From NCBI GenBank assembly GCA_003693705.1, contig RBZT01000633.1:62001-126000 (forward strand): DNA of 64,000 nucleotides, read 5' to 3'. This DNA is from Polymyxa betae A26-41. Taxonomy: Eukaryota; Protista; Endomyxa: Phytomyxea. Positions 1-15,314 of this stretch are shown here, one piece after another. The stretch's first letter is position 1; each line of letters opens with the position of its first letter. The notes under the pieces were generated by a model, which did not search any database, was not told where the DNA came from, and worked only from the letters and a program-made list of their open reading frames with translations. The translations under genes were made by a program, and so were the position numbers.

Positions 1-2617
<2,617 letters not shown>

Positions 2618-2761
2618 TTCCACAGCATATATAAACTATCAGCTCTTAATTCTTAATGTAAAACCGTTCTTTGATGGCTCGTGCCGTACACGCGTCTGAT
2701 GTCCCATTATCGTTGCTTACTGGACGCACGCAGCGACTTCATTTTGGTATCTTGGGAGCGC

Positions 2762-5700
2762 ATGACGAAATCGATCTTCAAGCTCGGAGCGTCGAACTCG
2801 CTCTCGTGCGCTTCGTTAGCATGGGTATTCAAGCTATTGAGGATTTTTTTCTTCAAATCGCCTGAGGATGTAATTTTTTCGATCGAAGATGATTCCAAGG
2901 CGGATGTCTGCGCCCAGAAATTACAAGCAGCGTGGTCCAAACAAGAAAAACGACCCAGACCTTCTATGCTTCGGGCTCTATTTGACGCGTTCGGCACGAG
3001 ATATCTCCTGCTAGGAATATGGAAGCTGGTATGGGCAGTCGCCACATGGGGTAGCGCCTGGTTTTTGCTGAAGAAGCTGATGGCCATCTCCACCCGTACT
3101 ATGGACTATGCATTGATTCTGCTTGGAGCTTCCGTTCTAGCTGCCATGTCTATCCAAGCCCTGTATTCAGGAGCCTTCAAAACCAGTCTGAAAGGTAATG
3201 ACACAGTCATGACAATCGCCACTGGAAGCTAACGTTACATTGTAGTGAGATCTGCCTTGACCATGTTGGTTTACAACAAGTCATTAACACTCCCACCTCA
3301 ACATGTTAGTATCGGAGGCATTGTCAATATGATCTCGATCGATGTTGAGGCAGTGGCGTCCTCGGCTCTGCACTTCCACTTCCTCTGGTCTGGAGCTCTT
3401 GAGATCGTCTACATCATCTTGCTGCTGATCTGGGAGGCTCGCATGTCATCTCTGTTCCCGATTTTGGTTGTCATCGTGACTCTGCCGATACAGTTATATT
3501 TGGGAAAGAAAGTGAGCGACTATTCTGCTGCTTGGATTAATACATCTGGGGAGCGACTGCACTTGATGACTGAAATCCTAACTGCTGTCAAGCTTCTCAA
3601 GTTCTACACATGGGAGCAACACTTTACCGACCGTGTCAATGAAGTTCGCTCACGAGAAGCCAGGGCAGCTGGAGCTCAGATTCTGGCTCGTGCGGCCAAC
3701 TTCGCAATGGTTTTTGCTGTTCCAGTGTTGGGTGCATTGGCGTGTCTAGTCTCGCTACAACTAACAGACCCGCGAGGACGAATCGACCCAAGTTTGGCGT
3801 TTATCATCGTTTCTCTGTTAAACACGCTGCGGTATCCACTTCTGATGATGCCAATGGCTGTAAAATCTTGTGCCTCTGCGGCGAATGGTTTGGCTAGCTT
3901 GAATAAGTTCATGAAGCGACCGCAATTGGTAGGCCAATGCTTCTTTTGTACTATCTAATCTTACCCGTTACCATTAGGTGGACTACCGCCAAAGCTTACC
4001 AATGAAATCTGACCCCGTTGGTAAAAAAGGGATCATTGAAATCGTCAACGCGGATCTGGCTTGGGGTGACAATGCAAACCCGACATTAAGCAATGTCAGC
4101 ATGCACGTCTACCCAGGAGAAGTTGTCGCCGTTGTCGGAAGTGTCGGGTCCGGAAAATCGACTTTGATTGGTGCCATTCTTGGACAAACCAACATTCCAT
4201 CTGGGAGCGTTCGTGTTGTTGGCAAAACGTCCTATTGCCCTCAAGAAGCGTGGCTGATCAATGCCAGCATTCAGGACAACATTCTATTCGGATCTCCAAT
4301 GGATCGAACTCGCTACACCAAAGTTATTGACGTTTGTTGTCTCGCGCGAGACTTATCTTTATTCGCCGAGGGCGATCAAACTCTCGTCGCTGAACGAGGT
4401 GCAAACTTATCGGGTGGACAAAAGCAACGTGTTTCCATGGCCCGCGCTGTCTACAACCAGAGCGATATTGTTCTTCTTGATGATCCCCTGTCAGCGCTGG
4501 ACCAGAAAGTTGGAAGAACAATTTTTGAGAAATGCATCAAAGGATATCTGAAAGATCGCGCCGTGGTCATGGTGACACATGGTCTTCAATACCTTTACCA
4601 GGTATATCATCGTGTTTAAATGATTTCAAACGTGAAACGAAATTAGATCGATCGTGTGATTCTAATGGGTGAAGGCGGTGTTGTCGAATACGGCAAATAC
4701 ACTGAATTAATGGCCAAACCTGGTGGTAAGCTTCGAGCATTGATTGAATCGCACAGCGACATTGTCGGAGAACGCGTTGATGATGAAACTGATGATGCAA
4801 TCCAACGATTCAATACGATCCAGATTCCAGCTGACGGCGAGGACGATGATAGCGACTTGGTGTCTGTTCAAGTCAACCAGGCACGACGTGGTGATGATCA
4901 GGAAACCGATGAGCGTGTTCTCAACCGAATTTCTCAGTACAACCACGGTCAGCTTGGGTATTTATCAGTTCTCAGCGCTGTCTTGATAATATTGGAACAG
5001 GGATGGAAGTTGATGATAACACACTGAAACAGAAAGCTGAATATGATCACTCGACAACAAACGGCCCTTATCACCCGGCTCATCAATTATCCAATGTACC
5101 TTCTTTTGCTCGATCGGTTGCTCGTAACGAGCTCAGCATTCACACTTATCGATCTGATTCGGTTGAGCATGAGAGAAGCGTCAGCCATCGTCGCCCAGCC
5201 ACGCGTAAACAAGTTTCTGTCGGTCCATTGCGGTATATGAGGCAAGGCGCTGGGGGTCTTGTCGCTTCTATCAGTATTGCTGTGTTATTCTTTGCTGTCC
5301 ACAGCATTCGAATGACGTTGGATGTCTGGGTCAAAATCTGGACTGCCAATTCGAGCGGTTTATCGATGGGCTGGAATGCCATTATCTTCTGCATTTTCTG
5401 TGTTTCTTTCTCGTTGGGCGTTGCTCTTCGTGGGTTTATTCTTGCCAGAATGGCCGCCGCTAAATCTCGAGCTTTGCATGAACGCATGCTCGATTCTCTC
5501 ATGCATGCACCTATGGCGTTCTACGATCGTATCCCTTTGGGGAAGATCCTGCAGACTGCCAGTGAACACCAAGGCGACGCAGATGACCGTCTTCCAGATG
5601 CGTTATTGCAATTCCTTCAATATGCCCCGTTAGCTGTTGGGTCGCTGATCATCGCTTGCATTCAGTCTCAATGGTATCTGACTCCGACGTGCATCGTCTT

Positions 5701-7012
5701 GGTCATCCTGGCTATTCTTGTGTTCATTTTCCCCCATCGCATTGGCGCCCTGAAGTTCTTCCGCGGCAAGTCAAAGGTTGCTAAACCCAAGTTGTATTCT
5801 CACGTCGCTACTTCTTTGGAGGGACTCTTCTCAATCCGAGCATTTAATGCCCAGACTAGATTCCGTCAACTGACTCTTGCAAATTTGGACGACGCCAATA
5901 CCTGGGAGATTGGTTCACAGAATATTCGCTATTTCGTCGCCCTCTATGTTGATGTTGTCTGCTCATTGGCAATCTTCGCTACAGCTTATTTCTTCGTTAT
6001 TCAGACTGATAAGGCTATGCCTGCCCAAGTCGGTCTGGCTATCGCTAACTCACTTCAGCTGTTAGTTTTTGTCCAATGGATGCTTCGTATGTTGGAGGAA
6101 TCTGCTACTTCGTTTAAATCCATTGTTGAATTACAATCCATGGGAGAGAACATCAGCCCGGAAGCACCATTCATCATCAAGGACCGTAAACAACCTGACG
6201 ATACATGGCCAAATCGCGGTGAAATCGTTTTCCGAGATGTCGTTCTGCGATATACAGAATACGGTGTCGCTGTGCTAAAGAAGGTGAACTTTACTGTTCA
6301 GCCAAGGGAAAAGGTCGGAATCGTCGGCCGAACAGGATCCGGAAAGTCCACGCTTCTGATTGCATTGCTGCGTATCACTGAACCATGCGGTGGACAAATC
6401 GCGGTCGATGGCGTCGATGTGCAAACTCTTGGGCTTAAGATGCTACGTAGAAGAATAGCGATCATTCCGCAAGAGCCAGTACTGTTTGCTGGAACCGTCA
6501 GATCTAACTTGGATCCATACGAGGAATCGAACGACACTGACATCTGGAAATCGCTGGCAGCCGTCCATCTCGACTCCATTATCAAGGCCATGCCAGGAGG
6601 ATTGAATGCTGAAGTCGTTGAAAACGGTAGAAACTTCAGCGTTGGTCAACGACAACTGTTTTGTGTTGCTCGTGCGATATTGAGCAAATCCTGCATTGTT
6701 GTTTTGGATGAAGCCACAGCTGCCGTCGATGCAGACACAGATGCTTTGGTACAAACTGCTATTGCCGAGAACTTTGAGGAATGCACTGTCTTGACTATAG
6801 CTCACCGGCTAAATACCATCATTGACAGTGACAAGATTTTGGTCATGGATGCAGGAAAAGTCCAAGAATATGACAAACCGCTGGCGTTACTCGAGAATCC
6901 GAAAGGATTATTCACCAATTTGGTTAGCCAGACCGGTGAACAATCAGCTCGAAAGCTACGGCAGATTGCTGAAGAAAAAGTAGCTCGTGACCTGGCTGCC
7001 GAGAAGAAATAA
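2762..7012 (+). CDS. ABCC/MRP-family ABC transporter, short type (TMD1-NBD1-TMD2-NBD2)
   Basis: NBD1 GSVGSGKS, LSGGQ, LLDDPLSALD; NBD2 GRTGSGKS, FSVGQRQ, VLDEATA, IAHRL; two TM bundles. Start ATG 2762 inferred. Confidence 0.96.
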
Positions 7013-7116
7013 TCAATCTCTTAGAAAACGGATTCTGCTCTGGTTCGTGAGGTCACCTTGCTGACGATTGATCCATTATTATAAAAGATATAGATTAACT
7101 GATAAGACTGAGGGCT

Positions 7117-7389
7117 TCATTCATCGAATTGGTCATCCGCATCTTCAAACGAATTATCATCATGCCAAGCGCTGATCTGATTTCTAAGGTACGTCAGTAT
7201 TTCTTCACTGTCTTTCACGAACAGATAGCCGTCATCGAGTATCTCCAGGATGAACGACGTCTGGGTCTTGTGCAGATGGATCAAATATTGCCGTAATGCT
7301 ACATCGCTGTAGAACGTCTCAATCCGCTCTGCTAACGTTCTGAAATGATCTCACCATTGTATGAGGTACCCTCTCATCAGACGCACCAT
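7117..7389 (-). CDS. TFB5: TFIIH subunit TFB5/TTDA (two exons; absent from the ORF track)
   Basis: Spliced: MVRLMRGYLIQC|DVALRQYLIHLHKTQTSFILEILDDGYLFVKDSEEILTYLRNQISAWHDDNSFEDADDQFDE*, matching the G-x-L-I-x-C-D ... FI-x-x-LDD-x-x-LFV pattern of GTF2H5. Confidence 0.88.
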
Positions 7390-7739
7390 GGCATGCAATC
7401 AGCCAGCTTCAATCATTAGAGAGAGGCTACGGCAGTCGAATAATCCGCGAATATCGTCTTCATTTGCCAATCTCCTGTATTTAATTGTATCTACATACAA
7501 TATTTATCTTTATGGCTGTTCTATCTTATATTGGATCAATGCTGAGGAATCATGTTTATCGCAATGAACGACATGCCAGATTCCCAGCAACAGAAAGCAA
7601 CTTCCAAAAAATAATGTGCACAAATGCAGAAATCCGGCGAATTTTTTTCCAATTTTTTTGTTTTCGGACATGATCGGAGTCCGTGAATGACTCGGGGAAC
7701 TTTTAAGGCAGAAACCCCAGGTCGTTAATCCAGTCAGAA

Positions 7740-9457
7740 ATGGGTCGAAAACTCGCAGGGAAATCTCGCAAGACCAGCAAGCGTAAAAGCTGTGAAGGCA
7801 CATTGACCGCCGATCAATGTGCCAAACAATTTCTTCGTGGTCTGCAACCATCGACCGATGCGAAACCGGCCGATCCCATTGATGACCTCGATTTCGAGGA
7901 CGATGAGATCATTGAAGAAGTGCCCGAGGAAGTCATCATGAACGACGATGGGGATGACGATCGTATGGAAGACGGAAGTGATGATGATGGTGATAAAAAT
8001 GTATCGAAGACAGTATGGGACCCCCGTCTACACAAGCTTGAAGAGGGTGAAGAGCTCCAAGTTGATAACAGCGCCTATACAGTCTATCACTCGCTAAAAG
8101 TAGAGTGGCCCTGTCTCACTTTCGATATCATTCGCGATCAGCTCGGTGCTGTCAGAGTCAAGCCGCCCTATCAGCTAACGGTCGCGGCTGGCACACAAGC
8201 TGAGCAAGGCGATCAGAATAAAGTGTGTATCTGGCGGGTATCGAATCTCTGCTCGACCCAGCACGACGATGATTCTTCGAGTGACGAAGATGATGATGAT
8301 GCTGAGGACGAAGGAATGGATGGCGGTCTGCCCATCATTATCGATAGAGAGTTCGCTCATCCAGGCGCTGTGAATCGGTTGCGATCGTGCCCTCAGATGC
8401 CCCATATCTTGGGAACATGGTCAGAGAAAGGCTCTGTCTATCTCTGGGACGCCAAAGAGTATACCGACTCTCTAGATAACGCTCCCAAGCAGCTGCTTAC
8501 ATCCAAACTCTCACCATTGTTTCAGTTCAGCGGTCACCGAGATCAAGGTCTGCTAGAATCTGCCTAAAAGCATCTATAGCTCTAACAATTCGGTTTAGGT
8601 TATGCATTGGACTGGTCTCCAGCTGTTTCCGGCAGATTAGCAACTGGTGATTGCTCTAATCTGATTCATGTCTGGAATCCACGCGAGTCTACATGGGACG
8701 TCCAACAGGCGCCATTCAAAGGGCATCAGGCGTCAGTCGAAGATCTTCAATGGTCACCAAACGAGCAAGGCGTTTTTGCTTCGTGTTCCGTTGACAAGAG
8801 GTCTGTTCCTCTCATTGTAACTTTGCAAATCTGCTTATTGCTTCGCAGCATCCGTATTTGGGATACTAGAAGCAGCGCTAAAGCTATGTTGGTTGTTGAC
8901 AATGCTCATGATATGGACATTAATGTCATGTCCTGGAACCAAAGTGTTGCACATTTACTCGCATCTGGCTGCGATGATGGTTCGTTCAAGGTATATTTCT
9001 TGTGAAGATTTTATTAAGCATTGCTGATTATTTCATGCAGATTTGGGATCTTCGACAATTCCGATCGGGAAGTGCAGCTGGATTCTTCCGGTGGCATGAG
9101 AAGCCAGTGACATCGATTCAATGGCATCCGACCCAAGATTCAGTACTCGCGATTACCAGCGAGGATGATAGCTGCACTATCTGGGATATGTCGGTCGAAT
9201 TAGATCGTGAGGAGTTACAGCAAGGCAAAGGCGCTGGCGGTGCCGATCTTGGCAATCTCGACATTCCGCCTCAGTTAGTCTTTGTCCATCGTGGTCAGAG
9301 TCAGATCAAGGTCAGTTTTAGATTTTAGAAGCGATGGGTCGTTGACTGATTTGTGCTTCAGGATATTCGATTCCATCCTCAAATTCCATCGCTGATTACA
9401 ACCACTGCGTTTGATGGGTTCAACTTCTTCAAACCAGATAACCTCGAGGCTCTTTAA
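7740..9457 (+). CDS. GRWD1: Glutamate-rich WD-repeat protein, ribosome assembly factor RRB1/GRWD1
   Basis: Acidic N-terminus, D.SAY...H.L.VEWPCLTFD, AGTQA, GHQASVEDLQWSP, IPPQLVFVHRGQ, TTAFDGFNFFKP; stop 9455-9457. Confidence 0.95.
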
Positions 9458-9511
9458 ATACAAAAACATAGAAATCTTCCGAAAATGTGTGACTGCTGCC
9501 AGTCCTTATAA

Positions 9512-10168
9512 ATGGCTGTTCATCTGAAGATTTGTGTGGCTGGCCCTAGCAGGGCTGGTAAGACGTTGATAAGCAATCTAATAGCTGGACATCATGGTGA
9601 AAGTCCCGTACCATACGAAGAAACGATCGGCTGCCGAATTTTGGAATCCGAATTCAATGTCGATGGCAGAAGCGTTGATAACCGCAAGGTTGGTCTTCCA
9701 TTGGAATCCAATCTTGACTGATAATCGACTTTCAATAGATCGAGAGAAATGTTCGCGTTAGTGTAGAAATCTGGGACCTTGGCGATAGCAGATTTGAGAA
9801 ATGCTTCTTAGCTGCATCTAAATCCGCACATGGCCTGATCATCGTATACGACCCGACCAAGGTGAGCGTTCACTCCAAAAAATGATATCTATGATATTAA
9901 ACCAATCAAGGATCACGAAGCTGATGTACATTCGTGGTATCGTTGGGGCCAACAAAATGCCAAGCTCGATAATAGGCAAGTATTGCTGGTAGCGAACCCA
10001 GGCCCGGATGGGAAAGTATCTGGAAATGGTCGTCTATCGCCACCAATGGATAAGCTGTCTATGATCAACTTCCTATTAGAAGACTTTTCCCAACTTCGCC
10101 ATGCAATTTCTGAGTTTATTGGCGTTCTATTCGGATTTCATCCAGATGCCGAATTTCTTGATGACTGA
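9512..10168 (+). CDS. IFT22: Rab-like GTPase IFT22/RABL5
   Basis: LKICVAGPSRAGKTLISN, YEETIGCRILE, VEIWDLG, no canonical NKxD G4 box; typical of RABL5. Confidence 0.85.
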
Positions 10169-10737
10169 TTCAAAGACGTATCTACCAGGTCAACGAAGTG
10201 AATGCCTACAACAGCATTCTCAGAATATGTTACAAATCGATATAAAGTTTGATAAAATGAATAAGTGACTCAGACAAATGATTATCAGCAAAGAAATTCT
10301 GATAGAGCTAATACAAAAAATAGAGTGTCATCATAGAAAAGTTGAGAGTGTTTAATCACGTACCATTCTCTACCTCACAGCCACGATATTGCTCAACATG
10401 GAGGTGCTATCAGCACAGTTCTAACACCAGCTGAAAGAACACAAGGCACAGGACAGTTATCTCAGCATAGTTTCCATTTCGACACGAACGAGAAGAATGG
10501 ACGAGCGTGTGAGGCCATGGCGGAAATGCCGTGTCGGACTCCGGAAGCGATTCCTGATTCCATGAATTTTATAGCGAGGCTCATATACTGATATACAGAC
10601 TCGAAAGCCGAAACGTTAAGCAAATCAGAAAAGCAGCATAAGCTGCATCTTGACCATTTATATGAATCAATTCACTTATACAGTGATGTCGATCAACTCA
10701 GGTATCAGAAAAAAAATAGATACATATTGAGCTTCGA

Positions 10738-10793
10738 TAGTGTATTAACAATCGGGTACTTTTTTTAGTGTATTAACAATCGGGTACTTTTTT
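10738..10793. repeat. Direct tandem duplication, 2 x ~28 nt (TAGTGTATTAACAATCGGGTACTTTTTT)
   Basis: Two near-identical adjacent copies. Confidence 0.9.
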
Positions 10794-11035
10794 GTTGAAT
10801 ACAATCAACGTCTAGTGCTGATACACTCCGATTTTGGCGTTCCACTTTCCAGCAGTTCCAAAATTAGAATTACACTGTACAACTGCAGTGGAAAAAGTTG
10901 ATAGAAAAAACTCCTTTTCGTTGCATGAGTCACGGCTATTCGGCCAAAATCGAACTTTCACGTTCGTCTGGTGCTGCTTGTCCTCATAAAATATTTTCGG
11001 ACATTCTAAAAAGACCAAGTTCGTAAACGCCCTTC

Positions 11036-11824
11036 ATGGCGGAATTCGTCCCCTATATAACCCTCTCGACATTGGCCTTTGAGGGCATCGCTAAAATCTT
11101 CCAATCGGTTGTCAAATCGCAGCCTATTCAGTATTCGGTGTCGGCTGTCCAGCTCGGCGCCTATGTCACCTCTCTGATTCATTCGACGGTCGCTGTCACC
11201 GGCGCTACCTTCATCCTGCTGCAATCCATCCATTTGCATTCCGATCGGGTATTCGCTGTAGAGAGCTCGGCGTCGTATCTGCTGGCGTTCTCAGCGGGCT
11301 TCTTTCTGCACGATTTATTGGATATCATCCGGAGGTTGAAGACCTTCTCCGATTTCTGTTATTTTGTACATCATGCGATTTGTTTCGGTTTGTATGCCAC
11401 AGCAACATTACGGCCGATATGCCAATGCTGGGCTCTAGTTTTCCTGTTATACGAAGCCAGCACACCGTTTCTCAGTTTACAAAATCTGATGCGATCCATG
11501 AAACTGGGAACGCCAACCGCTATCAGTATCGTGCGAGGCACTTTCGCTTTCGTGTTTATCGTGGTTCGAATCATATTGGGTACGATCGCCAGCATCTATG
11601 TCTGCAATGATTTGGTACCTTTGATGTCGCTGCAGCCCTCGCATCCCGAGCTGCTTCTATCTTTCCCACATTATTCTGCCACAGCCCATCCCCATATCGT
11701 CATTCCTGTCCTGATTTTAATATGCTGTGGTGTGTTCCTTATCCTTAACCTATATTGGGGACACCTAATCGTAGTGAGGGTGAGGAGGGCACTTTCTAAC
11801 AAGTATTCCCCTAAAAAGCTATAA
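11036..11824 (+). CDS. TLC (TRAM/LAG1/CLN8) domain membrane protein, TMEM56-like, intronless
   Basis: SLIHSTV, FSAGFFLHD, FVHHAIC, LLYEASTPFL, FIVVRI, LNLYW motifs; multiple TM segments. Confidence 0.9.
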   Translation: MAEFVPYITLSTLAFEGIAKIFQSVVKSQPIQYSVSAVQLGAYVTSLIHSTVAVTGATFILLQSIHLHSDRVFAVESSASYLLAFSAGFFLHDLLDIIRRLKTFSDFCYFVHHAICFGLYATATLRPICQCWALVFLLYEASTPFLSLQNLMRSMKLGTPTAISIVRGTFAFVFIVVRIILGTIASIYVCNDLVPLMSLQPSHPELLLSFPHYSATAHPHIVIPVLILICCGVFLILNLYWGHLIVVRVRRALSNKYSPKKL

Positions 11825-11861
11825 TTAAAAACTCCCAACATCATTTCCACTACCTGGCTTG

Positions 11862-11937
11862 GTGAGAAAGTTTTTGTTAAGCATTCTCCTAAAAGATCGT
11901 GAGAAAATTTTCGTTAAGCAATTTTTGAAAAAGATTG
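11862..11937. repeat. Degenerate tandem duplication, 2 x ~37 nt
   Basis: GTGAGAAAGTTTTTGTTAAGCATT...AAAAGAT / GTGAGAAAATTTTCGTTAAGCAAT...AAAAGAT. Confidence 0.7.
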
Positions 11938-12102
11938 AAAAGTGATTACTCGGTCAGAAAAGTTGAATGCTGGCTGTGCCATAGCCCATAAAACATAGGC
12001 CATAAGTTTGTCCGAAAGTAGAAAGTTTTATGAGAAAAAAATGGCGCAATCTCTTTGCATGGCGGAAATGTTCAGATCTGTTGTCTTCTCTATGATCTCG
12101 AT

Positions 12103-13695
12103 ATGATGGCCGGCTCTGATCTCAATATCCAACTGAATGCAGACAACCCGGCCCAGGACGCAGCTCGCTCCGTTCAGCGTTCGGATGGGCGTTTGCCGTT
12201 GGTACCGTCCGAACGGCTGGAGTTCAGCCCCAGCCGTGCGGATGGCATCAGCGCCGAAGAAGAGACACGACTCCGGGCTACAGCATGCTCGTTTATTGCC
12301 CGAGCTGGCAAGGAGCTGCAATTGTAAGACAATTGATTTGCTTACTAACTTCATCTTGTGGCAGACTTGTGGTTTTTCAGTTTTCTTATCTAAATTGCTG
12401 CATTATGAATCGTTCTCCATCTCAAATATGTACATAGTAAACAGCTTGCCATCGCAACCGCTTGTGTCTACTTCCATACCTTCTTCATCCGGTTTTCCTT
12501 TAAGTATGAGGACCGAGGAGATTTGTTTTTCGAGTTATTCAGTTCTCGTCGTCTAGAGCTTACGACCGGTTCGAAACTGCTGCCGTGTGCTTATTCCTTG
12601 CTGGGAAGGTCGAAGAGCAAAGAAGAAAGGTCAAAGATGTTGCTGGTGGGTTTTCTGGGTCTGAATCGATTATAATTCTTACGCTGTGTTGGCTTTAGAG
12701 ATCTGCTTAATGGTTAGAAATGGAAGAAGACGAGGTCCCACAGATCCGAATGTATCATTCCTTTCGTTCTTCTCCATAAGCTAATGCTGGTTTAGGTACT
12801 CAAGACAGTTTGTGATTCGATTCTGGACAGGGAGCTGCTTCTGCTTTCTGTCGTCGAATTTCAGTTCCATCCAGCCCATCCGTATCAGTATTGCATGATG
12901 GTTCTTAAACGAATATTTCAATGTATGGATGAAAAAGATTCTAACAATCCTGAGCTCTCCAATGAATCCTTGTCGAAAATGGTCCAGAAGGAGATTGCCC
13001 AGTATGCTTGGCTTATGATCAACGACGGGTAAATTAAGTTCTCCCATTTTCGTCTTGGCTAAAGCATTTTTCAGTCTCAAAACTACACTTTGTTTGCAAT
13101 ACAAGCCAGAGCCTATAGCATTAGCTTGCATAGATGCTGCTTTTCGTGTCATGAATCTGGATCGTGAAAAGCCGATCAAGCTTCGACCTGACTGGTTTAC
13201 TGAATATGTTTCCACCGTTACAGCAGCAGATTGTCTGCATATTTGGTCGGTCCTACTAGAGGTTGTCGAGCTTGAATCGGCAGGTCCTACCGGTCCGTTT
13301 CAATGTTGAACCATTCTGTTTCCTGAATGATAACTGGCATAGGGGATCAAGTCCTCTGGGGAAAGTTCAGGAAAGTCGTTTCAATGTCCAAAGGCGGTGC
13401 GATTTGCGAAGACGCTGCTGATATACAAGAGCAAGGGATCCGGCCCGACAATGGGTTGGAAGCCGATATGCAAGAAAGCATTTGGGAGGAAAACACTCTG
13501 GAGAAAATGGAGGCGAACCAAACCGGTTCGGATGTTCTGCAAGAGGCCGGTGGCACCGAAATGAAAGAAAATGATGCAGTATGGGCCAGGTCACAACAAG
13601 ATGATGAGGGTCCAGCGACCAAAACTGTCGAAAACGCTACTGATTCCAAAACCTCTTCTCAGGAACCTTTGTTAAAGAAGATTCGGACTGAATAA
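12103..13695 (+). CDS. Transcription cyclin (cyclin K/T/L family)
   Basis: SPSRADGISAEEETRLR, QLAIATACVYFHTFF, CLFLAGKVEE, FQFHPAHPY, AWLMINDG, LCLQYKPEPIALACI. Confidence 0.9.
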
Positions 13696-13713
13696 ACTGT
13701 TTGATATCCACTC

Positions 13714-15240
13714 ATGATGAGTGATCACTCCTCTGCCTGTGATGACATGTCAAGTTTTGTGAGGATGCGGCCTCCCAGAGGGCTGCTTCATGCTTATCAG
13801 CGAGACGTGGCTTACGTTTCAGGGGATCTCCCATCTGTCATCCTGGAAGATAACAATGACAATGAGGGAGAACAAATGCCTTGTTTAGGAGATCCGATTG
13901 ATGTGTCTAGGTGATGAAAATCATTTACATGTGATGAACACGAGCCCGTAGTCATAACGAATACTTTAATAATCGTTGCCACACGAACATCATGACGGTG
14001 ATATAAACGGCCACCATCATGATGACGAAGACGAAGATGAAGATCATCATAGGAGATCCGATTGTTGTATGTAGATGATAAGGATACGATATTAGGATCA
14101 TAATCCCATTATTCCGATTACTAATGATCGTAATGGCACTGCAATGCTGATCAGTTCCTGGGAACATGGTCTTGGTGCTGGACGTCTATTCCGTCAGAAT
14201 CGCTTCAAACTTCAACTTCTACGTTTTGAATCTGATCAACAATGTGACCGAACCCTAACGACAAATGATGTGTCCTCCCTATTCCTACTTATCACTTCTA
14301 TTTATTGCCATAACAATACAGAGCTGGATAGCCCCATGGATAAACCGTATAGTTAGCTGGTGATGATAATGGTCATTGCAGGGTGGGTGGCAGTATAGTT
14401 CGTTGACATGAATGGTATCGTAAGAAGATCGCCGCCACTGGGAAGCAGTCATGGCAGGCCTGTAAGACGACGTCACCCTGAGTGTGCCCCACGTCAAAAA
14501 GAGGCTGACGGGATTGCAGCCTCTCTTCTGCCTTCTTCTGTCTCCCAATCGCTTTCCGATCTGTCCGTTTGTGGCTCTGCCTACACAGCATGTCGGCGAT
14601 TAGAGACGGCATGGAAGCTGATGATGAAACTCCTCCCATCGTCACCTTCCTAGGATCGAAAGCTGAGGTCATTGATGATCATCGAAAATCTATGGAATAC
14701 GTGGACTCACACTCATCACTCGCGTTTGTCACGATGAAAGAGTGAGAAATGTGTGCGAGGCGATTCCGGATCAAGTTGAATTTGAAAGGGTCACATGAGA
14801 ACGCATACAGGTAAGTTCCATGCTGGCTGCCCATTTGCTATGATCCCAGACTCACACAATGATACACGATGACCTCGTAATGTCATCATCATGACAATCG
14901 CTCTGGCTTTTCTCATATCTTTCTGTTCGTGGTCGGCCATCACAGCCACCACTCTGACGGCAATCACGGCGACTGCAGCCATCACCAGCACGACGACGAA
15001 GATGATCACGGTCATCATAAAGATGACGAGGACCATGACTATCACGTTAATACCGCCTCAAACCGATATCATCATCGATTAGGATTTCATCAGATCACGG
15101 CAGGCATGAGCATTCACATAAAGACAACGGCGTCACGAACATGATGTTAAGCACCACTCTGGGTTTCGCTTCCAACCATTCAGTTCATTCATCTGAATTG
15201 TTTACATCGTTTGAAGCTGGTCTCGGTGAAACATGAGTCA
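13714..15240 (+). pseudogene. Fragmented His/Asp-rich low-complexity coding-like region (no coherent gene model found)
   Basis: Two His/Asp tracts (~13980-14050 and ~14930-15130) interrupted by stops and frame changes that ordinary GT-AG splicing did not resolve by eye. Confidence 0.35.
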
Positions 15241-15314
15241 TGCCAATGTTGGTTCCGAGAAAACTGATCACTGGTCCTGTTGCATCTGGTCCCTACAAAT
15301 AGAAAAATGGCTTG

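Noticed and set aside
10490-10600. U3 snoRNA or RNase MRP (GAGCGTG, GAGGCTCA motifs)
   Set aside because: No box A/C/D set and no CR-I partner found.
10738-10793. CRISPR-like direct repeat
   Set aside because: Two adjacent copies without a spacer, no cas genes, eukaryotic context.
13952-15045. Minus-strand ORFs that look like transmembrane peptides
   Set aside because: Antisense reading of CAT/GAT/GAC His-Asp codons.
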